DNA of 64,000 nucleotides from Prevotella sp. Its GTDB lineage: Bacteria > Bacteroidota > Bacteroidia > Bacteroidales > Bacteroidaceae. Where the stretch lies: the NCBI GenBank assembly GCA_020026195.1, contig JAHHQW010000004.1, forward strand, positions 6,416 to 70,415, read 5' to 3'. Both the position numbers and the translations under genes were made by a program. The notes beneath the pieces are model-generated. The model was given only the letters and a program-made list of their open reading frames with translations, searched no databases and had not been told where the DNA came from. Below are positions 59,713 through 64,000 of the stretch, piece after piece (position 1 is the stretch's first letter; the number at the start of each line of letters is the position of its first letter).

Positions 59713-59790
59713 TTTTTAAGTTAATGCAACTATAAAAGTTTGCTAATGCAATGACGAAAGTTTGTTAGTGTCATTGCAGAAGTTTGCTAA
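59713..59790. repeat. 22-bp-period tandem repeat with embedded inverted repeat
   Basis: AAAGTTTGCTAA (59735), AAAGTTTGTTAG (59757), GAAGTTTGCTAA (59779); TGCAATGAC (59747) / GTCATTGCA (59770) inverted pair. Confidence 0.6.
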
Positions 59791-60093
59791 CATGCTGTGT
59801 TACCCAGAAAACAGACTGAAACCACCTTACTTATTTTCATTTATTTCGTACGGAACATAAAATGTTTTCAAATATGCGAATATTGGAGTGAAATAAGGTT
59901 AATTTATAAGCAAAAATTCGTGTTTATATAAGTCTTATAAGGCATTACCGAGTGTCTTGACATAACAATAAGTATCATATCCTGTAATAAGGTCTGTATA
60001 GTTGTCGTTATACAGCACTAACTATCCCCATAAGTGAGTATTTTGTTGATAATGACCATATTCTTAAGCTTACTTAACACAATTAACCCTAAT

Positions 60094-60128
60094 TGCAACC
60101 GGGTTGCATTGCTTTCATAATACTTTTG
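60094..60128 (+). promoter_or_regulatory. Palindromic operator plus -7 element upstream of the metal ATPase
   Basis: TGCAACC-G-GGTTGCA (7-1-7, 60094-60108), 12 bp upstream of TACTTTTG (60121-60128). Confidence 0.6.
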
Positions 60129-60149
60129 TCAGCACTAAATGAGAAAGAC

Positions 60150-62027
60150 ATGAAAGAGTTTTTAGAAAAGACAGAAGTTATACGTCCCACCATATCGTTT
60201 GTAATGCTTATGAGCGGAATACTCATGAGTATAGGTTGTGTAGAATGGTTTCTTGACCAGCGTGCCGCTCTGATATGGTATATTCTGGCGTACATTCCGG
60301 TAAGTTTCGAAGTACTGCATGGTGCTCTGCAAAACATACTGAATAAAGAGTTTTTCACAGAGTTCACACTGATGGCGATTGCCACTATAGGTGCATTCGT
60401 ATTGGGTGAATATCCCGAAGGTGTGGCAGTAATGCTTTTCTATACTGTAGGCGAGATGCTCAACCATCGCGCACTTCATCGTGCACGTCACGACATACAG
60501 TCGCTGATAGAGTTTCGTCCTGACTTTGCACGCGTAATAGACAAGGCTGGCAATCATGTGGAAAGAAAGCCCGAAGAGGTTATGCCTGGCGACATCATCG
60601 AGGTACGTCCTGGCGAACGTGTTCCTCTCGACGGAATACTGCTTACCGACTCCGCAATGTTTAACACCGCAGCACTTACAGGCGAGAGTGTTCCACGTCT
60701 TTCTGAAACAGGAGCAGAAATTCCTGCAGGTGTAATCTCACAGGACAGCGTAGTAAGAATGAAAGTACTGCGCAAGGCATCAGAGAGTGCCATTTCGCGC
60801 ATATTAAATATGGTTGAAGAGGCACAGCAGCGTAAGGCACCTGCCGAACTCTTTATGCGTAAGTTTGCTAAGGTCTATACACCTATCGTAATAGTCCTTT
60901 CTGCTCTTACGTTCATCATTCCGTTTGTCTATGCAATTGTTACCGGAACGGTATTTGACTTTGACAAATGGTTCTACCGCTCGTTAATCTTCCTTGTAAT
61001 CTCTTGTCCATGTGCCCTCGTGATAAGTATTCCGTTAGGCTATTTCGCCGGTATCGGAGCTGCATCGCGTCGCGGCATACTCTTTAAGGGTGGCTGTTAT
61101 CTCGACAGTCTGGCTAAGGCCGATACAGTACTTTTCGATAAGACTGGTACGCTTACTACAGGTAAGTTTGAGGTTGTCTCGGCATCAGGGCTTAGCGGAA
61201 AGGATATTGACACGGTGGCATCTATAGAGAAAACCATCAGTCATCCTATAGCCAGTGCCATTTCATCGTATGGAAATAACACTTTAGAAGGAATTAAGGT
61301 AAAGAACATAGCAGGTTATGGCGTTGAGGCTGACGTAAACGGCTGCCGCTGGCTCGTGGGTACCGTGAGACTTATGGATAAGGAAGGCGTAGAGTGTCCT
61401 GAAGAGGTTAGAAACACCGACAAGACGATTGCCGTGTGCGCTGCCGATGGTAAGTACAAGGGCTGTTTCGTGCTTGCAGACATGGTGCGCGAGGATTCTG
61501 CCGAAGCTGTGTCGCAGCTTAAGCGTCATGGAATGAAGAGCGTAGAGATACTTTCAGGTGACCGTCAGGAGATTGTTTCTCAGGTGAGCGATGCCATAAA
61601 GGCTGATGGCGGACACGGAGAACTTCTGCCAGAGGGAAAGGCTGCCTATGTAGAGAAACTAAAGAAGGAGGGACGTAACGTAGTGTTTGTGGGTGACGGT
61701 ATTAACGATGCTCCTGTAATTGCCTTGAGTGACGTAGGTGTTGCAATGGGAGCAATGGGAACTGACATGGCAATTGAGACTGCTGACGTTGTGATTGCCG
61801 ATGATCGTCCTTCGCGTCTTGCCGAGGCCGTACATATCAGTCGTCGTACACGCAGTATCATCATGCAGAACATCATATTCGTAATAGGTGTAAAGGTAGC
61901 CGTGATGCTTCTCGGTGTCATGGGATTTGCAAACTTATGGTGTGCGGTATTTGCCGATGTAGGTGTTGCAATGCTCTCTGTAATGAACGCAATGCGTATT
62001 ATGCAGAAGAAGAAAGTAATGGCATAA
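60150..62027 (+). CDS. cadA: Heavy-metal P1B-2 (Zn/Cd/Pb) exporting P-type ATPase
   Basis: LTGES, SCPCALVIS, FDKTGTLT, SHP, GDGINDAP, K in penultimate TM and FADVG; no N-terminal metal-binding domain; start at ATG 60150 after the -7 element. Confidence 0.9.
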   Translation: MKEFLEKTEVIRPTISFVMLMSGILMSIGCVEWFLDQRAALIWYILAYIPVSFEVLHGALQNILNKEFFTEFTLMAIATIGAFVLGEYPEGVAVMLFYTVGEMLNHRALHRARHDIQSLIEFRPDFARVIDKAGNHVERKPEEVMPGDIIEVRPGERVPLDGILLTDSAMFNTAALTGESVPRLSETGAEIPAGVISQDSVVRMKVLRKASESAISRILNMVEEAQQRKAPAELFMRKFAKVYTPIVIVLSALTFIIPFVYAIVTGTVFDFDKWFYRSLIFLVISCPCALVISIPLGYFAGIGAASRRGILFKGGCYLDSLAKADTVLFDKTGTLTTGKFEVVSASGLSGKDIDTVASIEKTISHPIASAISSYGNNTLEGIKVKNIAGYGVEADVNGCRWLVGTVRLMDKEGVECPEEVRNTDKTIAVCAADGKYKGCFVLADMVREDSAEAVSQLKRHGMKSVEILSGDRQEIVSQVSDAIKADGGHGELLPEGKAAYVEKLKKEGRNVVFVGDGINDAPVIALSDVGVAMGAMGTDMAIETADVVIADDRPSRLAEAVHISRRTRSIIMQNIIFVIGVKVAVMLLGVMGFANLWCAVFADVGVAMLSVMNAMRIMQKKKVMA

Positions 62028-62070
62028 ATACTTTGTCGTAAAGTTTTAATGTCGTATCTTTGCCAGTACG

Positions 62071-62505
62071 ATGGAGAACGACGAGTTCTATATTAAGAAA
62101 ATGAAGATGCGTGGGATACGTCCCACACCGATGCGTGTACTGATTCTCAAGGAGATGTACAGGGGCGACGTAACTGTATCTCTTCCTGATATGGAGCACT
62201 TTCTTCCTTCTGTCGACAAGTCAACTATTTCCAGAACAATCAATACTTTTTTAGAGCATCATCTTCTGCATGTGGTGGATGATGGAAGCGGTGCACTTAA
62301 GTACGCTGTATGCAGCGACTGCTGTGACTGCTACAATGGTGGCGGGCATGTGCATTTCTATTGTGAGAGCTGTCGCCGTACATTCTGTCTTAAAGGCATA
62401 CATGTACCCGATGTAAATCTTCCCGGCGGTTTCACCGTGGACGGAATAAACTTCGTTATGAAGGGTATCTGTCCGGAATGTAATGAGAAAAACTCGTCAA
62501 AATAA
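62071..62505 (+). CDS. Fur-family transcriptional regulator
   Basis: GIRPTPMRVLIL, DKSTISRTI, HVHFYCESC...GICPEC; own promoter TTTG 62032, 19 bp, TATCTTTG 62055. Confidence 0.88.
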   Translation: MENDEFYIKKMKMRGIRPTPMRVLILKEMYRGDVTVSLPDMEHFLPSVDKSTISRTINTFLEHHLLHVVDDGSGALKYAVCSDCCDCYNGGGHVHFYCESCRRTFCLKGIHVPDVNLPGGFTVDGINFVMKGICPECNEKNSSK

Positions 62506-62592
62506 TGTTCTATAGTTAAATTTAACATTCTGCTACTTGCTTCATGGTTTTTAAATCTATATCTCTGTAACAGATACGTAAGCATATATATC

Positions 62593-62748
62593 ATGAAAAA
62601 GATTTATTGGAAAGGTGTAAAAAGGAGAATTGATAAATTCTTCGATAATATTATTACAGGCATTATATTTTTTACTGACTGGTTAGGATAATGGGCTGTT
62701 ATCGCAGCACTTGTTATCGTTTATCTGTTTATGTTTGCGTCATTATGA
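62593..62748 (+). pseudogene. Small membrane-protein ORF interrupted by one in-frame TAA
   Basis: MKKIYWKGVKRRIDKFFDNIITGIIFFTDWLG*WAVIAALVIVYLFMFASL*; internal stop at 62689-62691. Confidence 0.35.
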
Positions 62749-62873
62749 AAAAAGTCGAAGAAAACGGACTCTTTTCTAAGTATTAAAGTGAGAGGTTTAT
62801 TTATCCATTTATTATTATTTTGTTTGTCACGCATATGGCAGATTTCCCGGTGTGCTTCGTTCTTAAAATATGA

Positions 62874-63076
62874 CTATAAGAAACACATAAGGCTTGACCA
62901 GTTCTATAATTTATAGTCCCTGATATCCCTTACTGATTTTTTGAACCATTCAATCTTTGATAAGTTCATTAAGGTTTTTACAACGTGCCCTATGTCGTCA
63001 CTCTCACTGAGGTTCGTGCTACATTGTATCCAGCTGAATCCATTCTGCTTTAGTATCTCTTTAATTCAAAATAGAC
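62874..63076 (-). pseudogene. vapD: VapD (Cas2-like endoribonuclease) remnant
   Basis: Minus strand VYFE / frameshift / IKEILKQNGFSWIQCSTNLSESDDIGHVVKTLMNLSKIEWFKKSVRDIRDYKL*NWS matches the VapD GFxxxQGS and WFxxSVRDIRxxKxExWS signatures; no recognisable 5' end. Confidence 0.75.
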
Positions 63077-63185
63077 TTTTGCTAATTATTATATAGGGTT
63101 AAAATGCAATCTTTTTATCTGCATTTTTTATTTTAATTGAATTGCTTGTAAAATATTTAGAAAATATATCAAGTTTGCATGATAA

Positions 63186-63230
63186 AAAGTAAAGAATACT
63201 TGACTTTATGGAAAATATACTTTATATTTG
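63186..63230 (+). promoter_or_regulatory. Inverted-repeat operator and -7 element for the membrane protein / XRE pair
   Basis: AAAGTAAAG-AATA-CTTGACTTT (63186-63207); TATATTTG (63223-63230). Confidence 0.55.
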
Positions 63231-63292
63231 TAGTGTGATTCAGAAACAACTGATGAATGAATCTTAAATGTTTAATTAAAACTATTATGATT

Positions 63293-63748
63293 ATGAAAAA
63301 GAGTTTTTTGTTACCACATCGTTACATGAAGATAGGTATAATAATGTTTATACCGTTCTTTATTATGTGCTGTATGGAGTTGTTATTAGAAGTTGCTCCA
63401 CAAATAAAAGTCACCATGCCCTATATTTACAACGATTTTGAACGTTTAAAATGGTTCGGAGTTGCGCAGGGAGAAGATATTTTTGGAGAAATATGGATGT
63501 TAGGACTTTTCCTGTCACTATTATTCATGGCATTATCCAAGGAAAAAGTAGAAGATGAAATGCTTATGCAGATAAGATTGCAGTCAATGTTATTTGCCTT
63601 ATGGTGTACGTCCGCTCTGTTTGTTTTTGAGACACTGTTTATTTTCGGTTTAGCGTATGGTATTAGTCTGTGGGCATTGTTTTTTGTATTTCTTCTTATA
63701 TTTATATTGAAGTTTCGTTATGAATTATACAAACTAAAAATGATGTAG
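63293..63748 (+). CDS. Hypothetical 4-TM membrane protein
   Basis: MKKSFLLPHRYMKIG...ALSKEKVEDEMLMQIRLQS; hydrophobic segments; start uncertain (63257, 63287 or 63293). Confidence 0.7.
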   Translation: MKKSFLLPHRYMKIGIIMFIPFFIMCCMELLLEVAPQIKVTMPYIYNDFERLKWFGVAQGEDIFGEIWMLGLFLSLLFMALSKEKVEDEMLMQIRLQSMLFALWCTSALFVFETLFIFGLAYGISLWALFFVFLLIFILKFRYELYKLKMM

Positions 63749-63750
63749 AA

Positions 63751-63951
63751 ATGAAGAATACTATAAAGGTAGAACGAGCCATAAAGAATATGACTCAGCA
63801 GGATCTTGCCACGGCAATAGGCGTAAGCCGACAGACAATAAACTCGATAGAATCAGGGAAGTATGTACCATCAACGGTATTAGCCCTGAAGATGTCGAAA
63901 TTATTCGGAAAGAGTGTAAATGAAATATTTGAATTAGATGATAATGACTAA
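63751..63951 (+). CDS. XRE-family HTH transcriptional regulator
   Basis: MKNTIKVER...MTQQDLA..IGVSRQTINSIESGKYVPS..LA...F...VNEIF. Confidence 0.92.
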   Translation: MKNTIKVERAIKNMTQQDLATAIGVSRQTINSIESGKYVPSTVLALKMSKLFGKSVNEIFELDDND

Positions 63952-63999
63952 ACATAATAAAAGCTGTCAGCAGAATTACTGGCAGCTTTTATTATGTTT
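63951..63999 (+). terminator. Intrinsic terminator
   Basis: AACATAATAAAAGCTGTCAG-loop-CTGGCAGCTTTTATTATGTT. Confidence 0.7.
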
Positions 64000-64000
64000 C

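Noticed and set aside
59713..59790. CRISPR array interpretation of the periodic repeat
   Set aside because: The 22-bp period leaves no room for spacers, there are only 3-4 degenerate units, and no cas genes are present; the nearby vapD relic is Cas2-like in fold only.

Overview
Low-GC core chromosome of a Bacteroidales bacterium, most like Prevotellaceae. This assignment rests on TAnnTTTG -7 / TTTG -33 promoters, a PorZ-like T9SS protein, and the uvrC-dtd-mazG-deoC and dapB-lepB-lepB'-wbqC gene orders. The window holds about 45 mostly housekeeping CDSs (polA, ychF, lgt, leuS, mutS, parE, dprA, dusB, cobB, two P-type ATPases) and one tRNA-Arg(CCT). I saw no CRISPR array, integrase, transposase or phage genes. 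The most notable non-coding feature is an ~850 bp gene-free region (23137-23994) that looks like oriC: dense DnaA boxes, a Bacillus-like tandem-box/DnaA-trio/AT-rich unwinding module, an apparent strand-composition switch, and no dnaA nearby. Other points of interest: a perfect parS-like palindrome; 22-bp-period palindromic repeats in convergent spacers; a five-gene FKBP array with two catalytically degenerate lipoprotein members; a triplicated YitT array apparently co-transcribed with a candidate sphingolipid (CerR-like plus Aur1-like PAP2) module; a catalytically degenerate LepB paralogue; and a vapD (Cas2-like RNase) pseudogene missed by the ORF track. I did not find a clear-cut novel multi-gene system; the candidates below are hypotheses. 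All family assignments come from recognising motifs by eye, not from database searches.
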